Shown: piece after piece, positions 63,501 through 64,000 of the stretch
Layout: every line of letters starts with the position of its first letter
Numbering within the stretch: the stretch's first letter is position 1
From: Oligoflexales bacterium
Lineage (GTDB): Bacteria; Bdellovibrionota_B; Oligoflexia; Oligoflexales; RGVZ01
Assembly: GCA_044236265.1 (NCBI GenBank)
Contig: JBIIGV010000233.1
Coordinates: 15,187 to 79,186, forward strand
Direction of reading: 5' to 3'
Length of the DNA: 64,000 nt
Made by a program: the position numbers and the translations under genes
Notes under the pieces: generated by a model
What the model saw: only the letters and a program-made list of their open reading frames with translations
Databases searched by the model: none
What the model was told of the DNA's origin: nothing

Positions 63501-64000
63501 GTAATACGGCTATCTCCGGTGCGACCGCGCTGTTGGCTGGGGCGGGTCAGACGATAACGACGGCCTCATTGACCGCAAATGGTTCAACGACCATCCATGC
63601 CAAAGCTGTAGCCGCAAATAATAATCCATCGGCGTGTACGTCTCTGGTTACTTACACCCATGATAACGTCGCTCCTACGATTGTGTCCTTTGACAAGGCG
63701 TCAGGTCAGGGATCCTCAACGAATTCGACTCCGATTAACTTCACGCTGACGTTCTCTGAAGCAATTTCTGCTGCGTCGCTTACAGCTGCTGATTTCACAA
63801 ACCTTGGAACGTCGACGGGCATCACTTGGACCATTACGGATTCTGGTAACCAAACGACGTTCAATGTGGCCGCAGCTGGTCTCACTAACGGTACGGTTCG
63901 TCCACGTCTTGCAGCTTCCGGTATTACCGATGGTGCAGGCAATGCGAACGTGGCAGCTAGTGACTCTGTTAGTACGATCACCTACAATGCTTCTCCGCTC
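18533..64000 (+). CDS. Giant Ig-like-repeat surface lipoprotein/adhesin, >15,156 aa, 3'-truncated by the window end
   Basis: ATG 18533 follows an in-frame TGA at 18509; MFLKRLKF...IVIFSFLLS-C (Cys30). All repeat markers checked from 21128 to 63371 and the last codons (DSVSTITYNASPL) are in frame +2. The ORF track lists no stop-terminated frame +2 ORF here, consistent with no internal stop. Bacterial Ig-like signatures DTTAP, VTFSExVxVTGTPxLTLETG, SGSGTNTLTFNYTV and DxAGN recur throughout. Confidence 0.95.
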   Translation, partial: MFLKRLKFMAQFKAGQALLSIVIFSFLLSCESNFSGKVLNSNRKNNPFATANLLEGQVAFKTTKLSTKARGTRLSGEACTDQATVYLTHFATYQDSLVIEVRKRILSVKADSDGRFKFTNLKEQGVNLQSKNDIYKVEAERCSDYYSRVVTGAQEQNLSAAGTAFDFTLDKTVIKASLGSDDFYAKLEDLDKLYSLADTRNSVEGVLETLRTSRETQKSYSNIFGAEDVTLQNIEPRIVIESVPLKIPATILTRFEVLAVYYSAEFNVDYRWKLDGEVVSTDPGFSWRPTSTQLGLHTIELSVGVRSQFNLDAYLNSKIMNYSINVVEATSDPRTPVVSSFALANAAAGGFINNAHASDAEAVASLVATNYDQASYAIVAPNVTCNESTSFPLASIPTFGSFTVDGSYKVCAKVSRSDGGTVYVATQTLQRDVVIPSVSFVDVLPKAGSTNPKPTIKGTASEASLVSLYYDASCSSAKSSATANTVFASPGMTVASDVNLNNTTTIYAQAVDPAGNPSPCSLMLTYTHDDVTPIVKNIKANVADNGYKAGDVIPIEVEFSEPVKVTGVPTLTLETGSSDVVVNYTSGSDTKFLIFNFTVGSNQTAADLDYISATALSASGGSIQDQVQTDAVLTLPAPGAAGSLSANSNILIDTTIPVVTYASISPSSPGTSLTPAVSMSLSENATVTLYGNSSCSDAISSATALSGTGLQVITTNTLAANAATTIFARAVDGVTNQSVCHSMIVYTHDNIAPTVASFARSSGQNSFTNSVPINFGVQFSEVIDPSTFTASDISNTGTATDIVWTVTDSGDHRNFVVAATQSGNGTLKPSFAATAVSDPAGNAIQSISTSSNDVAYSIALFTVTLNQTAGQVDPANSLPISFTAVFSDEVGTGQFVAQDIVQQGTASGITWNLATTDNITWTITATAITGQGTVVPHIPQDAVLDRYGNKNGASTHTDNSVVYDITAPTITFTNLTPANPSSELRPTLKGTVSEASIVTLYFDSSCSAAKSDAVANTVLPMPGLAPNIDVAADTMTPIYARAIDPAGNISVCTLMVNYNHDGTPPFVVSVGSTKADGFYKAGTVIPIAVNFSENVFVVGTPQITLETGSTDRVVNYSSGSGTPTLVFNYTVQAGDTAADLDYLDTSAFALNGSTIKDWVDNDAVMTLPSTGSATSIAGQKSIVIDTAVPAVSFVSISPVSPGMSRTPSVTVNVSENASGIALFSNPTCGSAISASIAGSSGNNTVVTNTLTADALTPIYAQVTDLAGNVSSCANMTGYQHDGTPAVVTSVSSSLANGTYGVGQVIPIEVSFSEVVYVNGTPFLTLETGATDAVANYASGSGTNKLTFNYTVVAGENTLDLELTSLSAINLNSGTIKDLAGNDSTVTVTPLAGGSSLSGQKAIVVDTTGPTLTYASVSPVPPATSRTPAVTMSLSEPAAVTLYSDSDCSAAISSSVSFAAGVGRTITTNTLTANATTPIFAKGIDAVNNASACTSMIVYTHDDTPPVVMSFARASSQIAQTNSVPINFTLTFSEPINPSSLTAGDISNIGNATGVTWSISNSGDNATFTVSAIAASNGTLQPRLAAASIADHAGNTNVAGADSPNNVGYFVAVLTVTMNQAAGQGDPVNGLPISYNVVFSGAVGANSFTTGDIVQNGTAGGITWTLSTTDNISWLLRATAIATPGTVIPSIAASSVIDEFQNQNAASTSTDNTVVYDITPPTLSFSSLTPSNPSQSMTPTIIGTASEPSTVTLYYDSGCSVAKSATVPNTSFASPGITPTGNVAADTATVIYGMATDTAGNISACTSLVSYVHDGTGPSVTSVTSTLADGPYKAGQVVPVFVNFNENVNLAGTLQLALETGAIDAVLNYVSGSGTSSLRFNYTVVAGDTSLDLDYVSSASLALLTGTLRDAVGNDAVLTLPAPGASGSMGANKALIIDTTAPTMTFSNTLPVSPGNTQTPQVTFTISENVPTVRLFTDNACSVGAAPASTGLMGSNTVTTSALPANTGTSLYVRSTDAAGNVSSCTLLTTYTHDGIPATVTNVSSSSTNGTYGVGNTVAIVVTFSEIVNVTGAPQLTLETGAIDGVANYVSGSGTTALTFNYVVSAGESSLDLDYGSTTALGLNGGTIRDRAVNNADLTLPAVGGASAIAAQKGIIIDTTAPTITYSSISPVPPSASMSAFVTLQVSEASTVTLYSNPGCSAAISSAKAMISGGDQMISTVNLPTNTSTTIYARAVDPVNNVSECTNMVVYTHDNIAPQVDSFTRAATQASYTNSLPMNFTLTFSEPIIPETLTGSDFVNMGTATAVTWGVADSGDHRTFTVSATASGNGTLRPRLASGAITDLAGIGNPLNATSDNSVNYSIAAFTVTVNQAPGQGDPVNSLPINFRVVFSGAVGSNSFTASDVVQNGSAEGVTWNLSTTDNITWTVSATAVNIQGTVIPFISPNTVLDEFGNNNAASTSTDSSVVYDIAAPVLTFASVTPSNPAATRTPTVLGTSSEPSTVTLYYDSDCSTAKSSAASNTVFASPGIALTSNVDADVTTTIYGRAVDVAGNVSICTSLVGYQHDGTSPTVTNVTSTLANGPYKAGQLIPIQVTFSEPVFVTGAMQLTLETGLSDAVVAYTVGSGTSTLTFNYTVAAGNTAADLDYVGTSALALISGTIKDSVGNDANLALPSPGSSGSLGANKSLWIDTTAPVLAFTSINPVSPGISQNPQVTFTVSELVPTLRLYTDAICSAAISGWNTGSAGANTIATSTLAGNVATSIFAQGTDPAGNTSNCTSLTTYLNDGLAPTVTGVTSTAADGTYGGGQVVPIKVDLSEVVFVTGTPQLTLETGASDAVVNYSSGSGTTSLIFNYTIVPGHDSVDLNYASMSALVANGGSIKDLAGNDANLALAALDAASSLASQKAIVIDTTVPVMSYVSISPVPPAQSQTPTVTFSLSEPSTVTLYRESGCSTAISSAIPLAAGPAQSITTNTLTSNAATTIFAKAIDTVTNPSECTQLVVYSHDNTSPAVSSFARNATQPAMTNSLPINFTITFSEPINPSSFVSTDLSNGGTATGVTWFINNTGDNQSFTVSVTNSGNGTIIPRLASGSIADIAGNTNSGITSASNSVNYSVAPYTVSVNQAPTQIDPVNTLPVNFRVVFSSAVGNNTFTPADIVQNGTATGITWSLSTTDNITWTVAATAISGGSGTVIPSIAENTVTDEFGNINGASTSTDNTVIYDVTPPVVTYSSLAPANPSSELRPSFLGSVSEISTVTLYYDGSCANARSATVPNTQFASPGITVNSNVTANNSTIIYAKAVDTANNESACTSLVSYLHDSIGPSVVSVSANIADGSYKAGMVLPITVTFTENVYVNGTLQITLETGTFDAVVNNSSGSGTDTLVFNYVVAPGEVTPDLEYSGSAALALISGTIKDAVGNNAVLTLPATGASGSLGLNKSIIIDTTAPTLTYTNIFPASPGNTQTPQVSLDLTEPVTVLRLYSDASCTAAISPASTGTIGPNTVTTNTLTANASTTIYGQGTDAAGNVSLCTLLTSYQHDGISPTVTSVSSSSANGSYGVGQTVAVTVVFSEPVLVSGTPQITLETGSSDAVVNMTTGTGTNTLTFNYTVRAGDTTGDLDYLSNAALALNGGIIKDPAENLAVLALPNTGGATSIAGQKNIVIDTTAPVITYQSVSPSSPAMSQTPTLTVTMSETATVTLYSNGSCSSAVSTPTVLNGGVGRTISTNALPANTTTTLYAKAVDPVNNVSSCSVMVVYTHDITSPTVSSFTRSAGQLASTNSVPVNFTLTFSEPINPNSFTAADISNFGTSTGVLWTVTNTGDNTSFIVAATVASNGTLQPRLASGGVTDVAGNSNFGNVNSSNTVNYFVAAYTVMVNQNDGQAESTNALPINFTVVFSGAVGNNTFDTSDIVQNGTASGITWSLSSSDGITWNLSATSILGDGTVIPSVAANTVVDEFGNNNGASTSSDNSVNYDVTLPIVAFSSVSPSNPAATLKPTIRGTVTESSTVALYYDSGCSTAKSSAMSNTVFASPGITVTGNVNANTTTAIYAKAVDAVGNVSSCTYLTTYNHDGIGPVVTGVNATMSDANYKAGQTIPITVTFNELVFVTGTPQITLETGSADAIVNYTSGSGTNTLTFNYIVFAGDTSADLDYISTTALTFNAGTIKDGVGNSATLTLAAPGSSGSLGANRAIIIDTTAPVITYNSIAPTSPGISLAPQLTLTLSEAVTAFRFYSDPVCSSPISSSASMGSGSNTRATDTLAANVVTTIYGQSVDQAGNTSLCTMLTSYRHDDVGPTVSSVTSTANNATYGVGAVIPVTVTFTEPVFVTGTPQITLETGVTDAVVNYSSGSGTSTLRFNYTVALGQNTGDLEYVGTSSLSLNSGSILDTAGNAVDLALPALGSAGSIAGQKNIVVDTTAPTLTYESIAPVSPGMSQMPIVTVALSEPANVTLYSDHTCSAAISGSTSLSSGSGQAITTFTLTSNTTTDIYGKAVDPVSNASSCLNLVVYTHDNVAPSVASFVRAAGQPSFTNSIPINFTMTLNEPVDVSTITASDISNTGTATGITWSVTSVSNTVFTVSATSSGTGTLIPRLANGSFQDVAGNVSISQFTASESVNYTASPFTVTINQASSQGDPSATDPVNFTVVFSRAVGSGSFTAADIVQNGSLGSITWTLTTSDDITWNLAASGMAATGTLIPSIASGTVVDLYGNSNAASTSTDNTVNFDITPPTLAFASLSPSNPAATLRPTIRGTASKASTVTLYYDVSCSTAKSAGASNTSFATPGITPTANVNSNTTTIIYAKAVDSLGNASSCTSLVTYSHDGVSPTVTGVSSTLANGPYKAGQLIPITISFTEVVTVTGTPSLTLETGAADSVVNYSSGSGTNTLTFNYTVFNGDTAADLDYVSSAALALNNGSIKDPVGNDATLTLPAPGALNSLGSNKNLVIDTTAPALTYTSILPVPPSSSSTPQVSLSSNEAATNLQLYSNSSCSTAISSPASGTVGGNVISSTGVNLNAPTTVYAQATDSAGNISTCTLMTTYVHDDVPPTITSVSSSSGNGTYRVGQSLAITATFSDPVTVSGVPQLAMETGAVDTVANYSSGSGSSTLTFTYTIALNDTSSDLDYAGTSALALNGGSIIDAAGNNAALTLPAPAGTGSLGAQKALVIQTAPPVLSYTSIAPTSPGTSRQPVVTLSVNEAATVTLYSDSGCGTAISTGTAISTGAGQTITAYTLPSNTGTSIYGKAVAAYGNTSACTNLVVYTHDNIAPTVTSFVKAAGQNSFTNSIPLNFTLTFSEPINASSFTVNDLMNIGTATGVSWEIVPVSSTVYTVSVTSAGNGSVTPQLVSGTVTDPAGNATANNYDSADTVNYTAAAFTVSVNQASGQADPVNVLPVSYTVVFSGAVGSSSFDVSDVTQAGTASGVTWGLSTADNITWTLTATAASSSGTIIPSIAADRVVDAFGNNNSAATSTDKTVTYDITSPTVTFASLSPANPSSSLTPTIRGTVSEASTVTLYYDVNCSTGKSAATASTAFASPGIVVNANVNSNTSTAIYAKAVDNVGNESSCTSLVSYTHDGVSPTITNVTSGLADGTYKAGQVVPVSLTFSEAVTVTGTPKISLETGATDAVVAYSSGSGTNTLTFNYTVFSGDVSADLDYISTTALALDGGTIRDHVGNNAVVTLPAPGTSGSLAANKALVVDTAPPSVTFTSISPVSPGSSRTPQLVVNTSEAMSDIQIYTDASCTTSVSSSQSAGVGSKSITTSPLPANAQSSLYAYGLDIAGNPSACTLMTSYLHDDLGATIAFVTSTSSNGTYGVGNQIVITVRFSEAVYVTGVPQLTLETGASDAVVNYASGSGTNTLSFNYNVLSGQSSVDLDYQSTTSLSLNSGTIKDVSGNNATLTLPTPGDSNSLAGQKDIVIDNTAPTITYTSISPPSPGISQTPTVTMDLSESATVTLYSDNTCTAAISNATLLSGGAGQTVTTISLTPNATTTIYAKGLDAVSNASTCTNLVSYVHDNTPPLASTFARASGQPALTNSLPINFTVAFNEPIAASSFTSADISNGGTATGTTWTVTAVSSNTYTIAATTANNGTLIPRIALGGVTDIAGNATTSMNNSSETVNYSTAALSVVINQAAGQADPVASGPITFTVQFSNPVNPGTFTAADIVQNGTATGISWALTTTDDTTWNLTASGMAGSGTVIPSIADTTVVDVFGNNNAASTSTDNTVTYDITAPSLTFSSLSPSNPGSTLTPSVRGTASKASTVTLYFDSLCSTSKSAATASTAFSSPGITLTGLVNSNTTTTIYAMAVDALGNASGCTQMVVYTHDGAPPTVTSISSTLADGYYMAGQLIPITVTFSENVTVTGTPNLALETGSTDATINYTSGSGSNVLTFNYTVAAGDTSSDLDFVGSSSLVLNGGTIRDVIGNNAILTLPAPGTAGSLAANKALVVDTAAPSLTYTSINPVSPNSSQTPQVTLVLSEAAQNVQLYSNPVCNNAISSSSVGSVGTNVITTTTLLSNATTSIFAKMTDLAGNDSFCVSMTNYANDMTAPGVSSVTSTSTNGTYVVGQTIPVSITFSENVYVTGTPQLTMETGATDTVADYASGSGTNTLVFNYVIALNDASLDLDYHSAGALGANGGTIKDLAGNNAVLTLASPGAASSLGANKAIVIQTTLPTISSASISPASPGSTRTPTVSMTLSDASTVTLYSNSDCSTAISAAKSLVAGSGQTVTTYTLASNVATQIYGKAVAAFGNTSVCTSLISYTHDDVAPFVSSFVRASGQNAFTNSTPVNFTLTLSESINVSTLTAVDISNAGTATNVVWSVASVSSSVFTISANSSDNGTIIPRLAANAVADPAGNTNVAQASATDTVSYTAATYTVTLNQATGQSDPINALPVNFTVVFSSAVGSSSFDVSDITQTGTASGITWTLASADQITWTLSVTAVTTPGSIVPMIASNRVVDEFGNQNGQSASTDNSVVYDTAAPVVTFSSVTPANPSSSLNPRFFGSVSEASVVTLYYDVSCTTAKSSATANTVFASPGILVTGAVNANTTTTVFAKAVDTAGNASVCTNIVTYTHDGIGPTVTDVTTGLANGSYKAGQAVPISVTFSEVVTVTGTPNLTLETGATDAVLAYSSGSGSNTITFNYTVFAGDTSADLDYVATTSLVANGGTIKDAVGNDATLTLPAPGAAGSLGGNKGVIIDTTAPSVSYTSISPVSPGATRTPQVTISLSEAASSVELFSDAGCSASVSAAAAAAAGSNTITTTNLTANGSTSLFAKMTDIAGNASSCSLMTSYTHDGNDPTVTVVSSTKADGTYGTGTLIPITVTFSENVYVTGTPRITLETGATDALVDYTSGSGTTTLTFNYTVGAGEASADLDYESTGALVLNSGTIKDLSGNNANLALPALASASSLAGQKAIVLDQTAPTITFTSINPVSPGMSQTPTLTLSLSEAATVTLYTDSGCSAAVSSATSLASGAGQTIATNSLNANVSTSLWAKGVDLVGNVGSCSSMVTYIHDSAAPTVSTFARAGGSPTNSLPVNFTLTFNEPINPASLTSADFTNAGTATGVAWSVTNSGDSTTFTVAATVSGNGTLQPRLASGGMTDVAGNANASAVTASNSVSYSVAAFSVAINQAAGQSDPVRTLPITFTAVFSDAVNPTTFDASDIVQNGTAGGITWNLSSTDNITWTITASGLGASGSVIPSIASSTVKDTFGNDNAASASTDNTVSYDITVPTFSSITVSPANPAATLTPTVLGVVSKASTVTLYYDSSCTTAKATPAANTVFATPGITVTGNVNPNTTTVIYGQAVDALGNTSLCTNLVTYTHDGAAPTVSGVSANLANGPYKAGQVVPVEVTFSENVTVTGVPQITLETGATDAVVTYTSGSGTNKLTFNYTVFAGDTSADLDYVATTSLALNGGTIKDSVGNNATLTLPAPGASGSLGASKDLVIDTTSPTLAYTSITPVSPGTTRTPQVALTISEGVTNIQLYSNALCNAAVSSAAAGTSGANTITTNNLTADNSTLIFAQATDAAGNASACTSMTSYTHDGTAPTITGVSSTSANGTYRVGQTIPVTVTFAENVYVTGTPSLLMETGSTDTAASYVSGSGTSTLTFNYVVALTDQSSDLDYQSAAALTVAGATIQDLAGNNATLTLAAPGATNSLADQKAIVIQTTKPTIAYTSISPASPGTSRTPTVSMTLSEAATVTLYTDNTCNTAKSAATALSAGAGQTVTSYTLTANAATDLYAQAVGAFGNTSLCTMLVSYTHDSIAPTVTSFVRASGQAAFTNSVPVNFTMTFSEAIDPALFTANDISNSGTANGVTWTVTNSGNNTTFTIAATSSGNGTLIPRLGVTGIADPAGNTNGSPYDTTQNVSYTAATFTVTVNQASGQADPVKTLPAQYTVVFSSAVGNSSFDVIDVSNSGTATGVVWGLATSDNITWTLTATSASSDGTIIPVIAQNTVQDEFGNQNGAATATDRSITFDSAAPTFSGPYTVSPANPSSSLTPTIRGVTSEASTVTMYYDSGCITPKSAGTANTAFVTPGITVNSNVNANGTTTIYAKAQDTAGNESSCTTIVATYTHDSMGPSVTNVTSSQSNGSYKVTAAQIIPISLTFSEAVNVTGTPTLTLETGATDAIATYASGSGTSTLVFNYTVFAGDTSSDLDYAGTAALALSGGTMTDAVGNNATLTLPAPGAAGSLGANKALIIDTTLPTVAFTSISPVSPGASLSPQVTINSSEAGSMELFSTSNCNSSISTAITGSVGANTIATNSLAPNASTSIFAKVTDAAGNASSCTSMTTYLHDGVDPTVTSVSSTAANGSYGTGQTMAITVSFSEVVYVTGTPNLTLETGATDAVINYASGSGTNTLTFNYTVASTHNSLDLDYESTTALLLNGGTIKDVSLNNAVLTLPTVGGVNSIAGQKAIVIDNVVPTITYTSMTPASPAMGLTPTLTMSLSEAATVTLHSDHTCTAPISVDTALSSGAGQTITTQALTANATTSIYAKAIDVVNNPSVCTSLTTYTNDSLAPTVVSFARAAGQGSVTNSVPVNFTITFSEDMSAASFTGADISNTGTATGVTWAVTQVSSTVFTVAASSANNGTLIPRLANASVTDVVGNATTAQADATNSVNLVNGGLTVTVNQASGQADPTNGSTINYTVVFSRAIDPTTFASDDIFQNGTATGLTWTITTSDNITFNLAASGMSATSTVIPSISSTRVKDTFGNDNAASTSTDNTVNYDVTAPTLTFASISPSSPASTLMPMVSGTASKPSTVTLYYDSGCSTAKSSAESNTVFALPGIALTANVSSNTATSIYGKAVDALGNASSCSALTTYTHDGISPTVTNVTAVHADGTFKAGELIPIKVTFSEAVTVTGTPRLTLETGSVDAVVNYTSGSGTAELTFNYTVFAGDTTSDLDYISTSALALNGGTIVDHVGNAASVTLPAVGGVASIAGQKSLVIDTTAPTVAFTSITPVSPSNNLTPAVALTLSETASDVRLYSDSGCSSALSNAANAAAGPYTITTTTLTANQTNNIYARTTDVAGNQSACTLMTNYAHDGVAPTVTSVSASSANGTYHVGQTVAVTVAFSEVVTVSGTPQLTLETGASDAVIDYVSGSGSNTLTFNYTVALSHASPDLDYTSTASLAANGGSVQDGSGNNATLTLPGVGGPNSIAGQKAIVIQTSKPTIAFTSITPSSPGTSQTPTVTMSLSDASTVTLYSDGGCSTAISAPTALSAGAGQSVITQTLAANGQTQIHAQAVAAFSNTSLCTSLVSYTHDNVAPSVTSFARAGGQVEFTNSVPANFSITFSEAINPASLTAADITNAGTAAGVTWTVTNSGNNTTFTVAASTAGNGTIQPRLAIGAVTDPAGNASGSQVDASNSVSYTQATFTVTLNQASGQADPVKTLPVLYTVVFSSPVGASSFTDADIQNQGSGTTVTQWQLETADNVTWTLKAMAVTGNGTIMPVITANSVQDAFGNLNGASTSTDRTVTYDTTAPTLTYVALTPANPSTSLMPTILGTASETSTVTLYYDGGCSTPKSVATANTQFATPGIAVTGNVNSNASTVIYAQAVDTAGNLSSCTSLVTYNHDGVGPTVTNVTSTASDGNYKVTNAQTIPVTVTFSEVVTVTGTPTLTLETGATDAVVSYSTGSGTNTLTFTYTVFAGDTAADLDYVSASSLVFNGGTVKDGVGNNATLTLPSPGAAGSLGANKAIIIDTTAPTIGFAVISPTSPATSQTPTVTVTLSEGLSAVQLFSDSSCTASASVSSNGSAGNKNIVTTTLNANATTSLYAKGTDIAGNVSICASLTSYTHDNAGPTVVSVTSSLANGTYGLGQVVPVAITFSEVVSVTGTPTLTLETGAVDGVASYVSGSGTNTLNFSYTVGAVDGTADLNYASTTALALAGGSILDASTNPADLTLPALANASSLGGQKAIVLDLTAPTITYASIAPTSPGTTATPTITMTLSEAATVTLYSNSGCSASISDAKALVSGVGQTITTNALTANTEISIYAKGIDTVNNASGCASLTTYTYDSVAPAVSSFAVAGGQVAVTNSVPINFTLTFSEAINPSSFTAADISNAGTATGVDWSVTNSGDNTSFTVSATLAGNGTIQPRLATASVADPAGNLNAAVSTATGSVSYSQAAFTVAINQASGQSDPVRTGPITFTAVFSSAVGSSTFSAGDVAQSGTAANVTFAVTSLDDITWTITASGMSGSGTVVPTIASNRVKDLFGNDNAASTSTDNTVSYDVTTPTLTFASVGSGNPGSSLTPTILGTVSKASTVTLYFDSGCSTAKSAPTANTAFASPGITLTGNVNANTSTTIYGKAVDSLGNETCSLLTTYNHDGAGPSVVSVAVNKANGSYKTGEVIPVQITFSEAVTVTGAPQITLETGATDAVVDYTSAASSTVLNFNYTVSPGDTTADLDYASTTALALNSGTIRDAVGNNATLTLPAVGGAASIGGNYAIVIDTTAPSVTYNSITPASPASNLNPQVALTLSEAVANVQLYSNSGCSAAVSTATAGTAGANTITTSALSANTTTNLFAQASDAAGNQSACTSMTAYLHDGVAPTVQSVTATAANGTYRVGQTIPVTVTFSEAVTVSGTPQLTLETGATDAVVNYASGSGTATLTFNYVVGLNDSSADLDYTSTAALALNSGTIADAAANNATLTLPTVGGAGSLGANKALVIQTTPPTVTYNSISPSSPNSSQTPTVTMTLSDAATVTLYSNGGCSTAISAGAALSAGSGQTVTTYTLSPNVTTQIFAQAVAAFGNTSSCTSLVSYTHDNVAPTVSSFVRATSPVQAQFTNSVPVNFKITFSEAINSGSFTASDIINTGTASGVTWTVSNSGDNINFTVAASASGNGTLIPRLAANAVTDSAGNNNGSQYDATESVSYTAALYTVTVNQASGQADPVNSLPVNYTVVFSSAVGSSSFAVGDVTNIGSASGVTWTLTDSGDGITWNLSATATGAGTIIPSIAANTVKDAFGNDNAAATTTDRTVTYDNVVPTFSSISVSPAATSSSLTPTILGTVSESSTVTLYFDSGCTTPKSAAAANTVLASPGVQVTSNVNSNTTTTIYGKAIDAAGNASACATLATYTHDGVGPTVTNVSSTAADGTYKVTAAQTIPVTITFSENVVVTGTPTITLETGSTDAVVSFSSASGNTMTFTYTVFAGDTATDLDYVGTGSLVLAGGTIKDTYGNNATLTLPSPGAASSLAANKAIVIDTAAPMISYTSIAPVSPGSSLTPQISISLSEAVSSVQLFSDGSCSSSASSASTGSAGAKTITTSALTANATTALYAQATDIVGNISSCSLMTSYRHDGAAPTVLSVSSSLANGTYGLGQVIPVTVTFSEVVTVTGTPQLTLETGATDAVVNYVSGSGTAALTFNYTVAVGHGSSDLDYTTNTALAFNGSTIVDGSGNAAVLTLPAPGTGSSLAGQKAIVIDLVAPTIAYSSISPASPGMSQTPTLTITLSEAATVTLYSNNSCTASISAATSLASGSRTITTSNLTSDTAISIYAMAVDAVNNASGCEIMTSYTYDSIAPAISSFSVKVPQVAVTNSVPVNFTVTFSEAINPSSFTAADISNAGTATGVAWSVTNSGDNTTFTVAATLSGNGTIRPSLASASVNDVAGNANALSGQSSGSVDYSVAAFTVAVNQASGQADPVRSGTISYTAVFSSAVAGSSFTAGDVTNAGNAPGVSFAVSSIDNINWTITASGMSGSGTVIPTIASGAVTDAYGNTNAASTSTDNTVTWDVTVPTLTFSSVSGGNPGNSLTPTVLGTASKASTVTLYYDASCSTAKSTPVANTAFASPGITVSGNVNANTTTIIYAKAVDALGNESSCANLVTYQHDGVSPAVASVTANKGNGSYKAGEIIPIEVTFNDTVTVTGAPTLTLETGAVDTAVNYTSGSGSAVLTFNYTVAAGDTSADLDYATTTALSLASGTIKDSVGNNADLTLPAVGGASSIAGQKAVVIDTTMPSVTYTSMSPSSPGSSLTPQITLSLSEAAGTSLRLFSDSGCSLAISAVGTGTAGSNTVTVTSVNAEAATSIYAKAVDTAGNGSACTLMTSYTHDSVAPAVTSVSSTAANGTYAVGSLVPITVTFSEAVTVTGTPTLAINSTASAISYASGSGTNTLTFNYTVALADAAADLDYTSTSALSLAGGTIKDAALNSATLTLGAPTSGTSLGGQKNIVISTVAPSMAYTSIAPSSPNISQTPTITFSLTQDATVTLYNSGACSTAVSGPVALTAGSGKTIQTYSLPANSSTPIHAKAVAAYSNVSSCTSLVSYTTDTTAPTVSSFVRATSPVQSQFTNSIPVYFKVTFSEPISPASFTGADITNIGTATGVTWTVTDQGDATNFTVAAVTGNNGTIQPRLAVGAVTDPAGNISGNQADATETVTYTAALYTVTLNQSAAQGDPVKTLPINFTVVFSTAVGNNTFAVGDISNAGSATGITWSLSSADNITWTLSATAITGAGTVIPDLAANTVKDVYGNDNGAATFTDRSVTYDVTAPSFSSISVSPSATGATLTPTILGTASETSTVTLYYDSGCTTPKSAATANTAFATPGIAVTGNVNTNGATTIYAKAVDAAGNASSCENLVTYTHDGTGPTVTNVTSTAANMTYKVDAGQSIPITVTFSEAVTVTGNPTLTLETGSTDAVVTYSSGSGSTTLTFTYTVFAGDNSTDLDYVSTSALGLNGGTIKDAVGNNATLTLPVPSQAGSLGANRAIVIDTTAPALTYTSILPATPGNTPTPQVTLSLNEAAATLRLFTDAACSSTASAQVAGSIGSNTVTTTALTANQVISIYGKATDAIGNASNCTLLTSYTYDSVNPTVTGVTSSLANGTYGLGQLVPITVTFSESVTVTGTPQLVLETGATDAVVNYVSGSGTNSLLFNYTVGAGHQSADLDYASQSALSTNGGTIRDVAGNNATLTLAATGSGSSIAGQKAIVLDQTPASITFASITPTSPGTSATPTVAIDLDKASTVTLYSDSSCTAAISDATSLTAGSSRTITTNALTSDVAISIHAKAVDAVNNASACTSLVSYTYDSIAPTVSSFVVKAGQPLITNSLPVNFDITFSEAIDLSSFTAADISNAGTASGVAWTITDSGDHMTFTVAATVSGNGTIQPRLAASAVTDVAGNVSGSIVPASASVSYSVAAFTVAINQASGQADPVRTGPITFTAVFSSAVGSSSFTNGDVIQSGSAANVTFTVSSIDNINWTISASGMSGTGSVIPTISSGVATDTFGNTNAASTSTDNTVAYNVTPPSISFVSVSGGNPGSGLTPTILGSAGAGSTVTLYFDSGCTTSKSAAAANTVFASPGIALTGSVSSDTATTIYGRAVDTLGNESSCTLLTTYNNDTTSPTVTSVTANKTDGTYKSGVSIPIEVTFSESVTVTGTPQITLATGGANTAVNYVSGSGTTTLSFTYIVAAGETSIDLDYASTSALGLNLGTIKDAVGNDANLTLPTVGSGNSIAGQKAIVIDTTAPTITYSSVSPASPATSTTPSVSMTLSEAAPSNGLRLYSNATCTVAISSAISGTVGGNTLATTTVGTNATTAIYARATDSAGNDSICTLMTNYTNDSVAPSVTNVTSTATNGTYRVAQTIPVTVTFNESVTVTGTPTITLANGGAGATASYASGSGTTTLTFNYVVALADVSADLDYASTSALTLAGGSINDAAGNGASLSLPAVGGANSIGGQKAIVIQTAAPTITFASISPTSPGTSFTPTVTMTLSEAATVTLYSDSGCSTAISSPTELSAGSGQAVTTSTLAANSSRTIHAKAVAANNNQSSCTSLVAYTHDNVAPTVSSFVKKVGQASSTNSVPINFTLTFSEAINPASFTAADITNIGTATGVTWSITNSGNNQTFNVAAASSGNGTLQPRLAAGAVTDPAGNTFGTQVDSADTISYSAAVYSVTLNQASGQSDPANTLPITYTIVFSSAVGSSSFTTADLSNAGTATGISWALSTSDNTTWTLTVSASGQGTIAPVVAANGVTDAFGNQNSASTATDGSVTYDNVVPTVSFSSASPGTTSSSLTPTILGTASETSTVTLYYDSGCVTPKSAATANTAFASPGITVTGNVGSNTATTIYGKAVDAAGNASTCATLTTYNHDSSGPTVSSVTSSAANGSYKVNAAQLIPVTVTFNEAVVVTGTPTLTLETGTNDAVLSYSSGSGTATLTFNYTVFAGDTSSDLDYVSTSSLSLASGTIKDQYGNDATLTLPAPGAAGSLGANRSIVVDTTAPTFTYTSVTPASPGTSATPQVAFEISEAYSSAGLYSDASCNTGISATSSGSAGGKTITTSSLTANVTTSIYAKVTDSVGNISSCSLLTTYVYDAASPTVTSVSSTTANGTYGAGSTIAINVVFSEAVTITGTPQLTLETGTTDAVVDYVSGSGTNTLLFNYSVLAAHSSADLDYQSTAALSANGGTIRDAAGNTATLTLPALAGVNSIAGQKALVIQTVAPTVTYASIAPTSPGSSRTPTVTMTLSTAATVTLYSENTCNTAISGATALLAGAGQTITTASLTANGSTTIHAKAVAANNNPSACTSLVTYTHDNVAPTIVSFDKASGQGSSTNSTPINFTLTFSEAISAASLTAADFTNLGTSTGITWTITDSGNQTTFNVAAAGLTNGTVRPRLAASGITDGAGNANVAASDSVSTITYNASPL
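19826..64000 (+). repeat. Degenerate tandem super-repeat of ~2256 nt (7 Ig-like domains): 1 short unit, 18 full units, 1 partial unit
   Basis: NQxxxQx(D/E) marker at 21128, 23384, 25640, 27896, 30155, 32408, 34661, 36914, 39167, 41417, 43673, 45935, 48191, 50456, 52715, 54971, 57230, 59492, 61754 (spacing 2250-2265 nt, all multiples of 3). Confidence 0.95.
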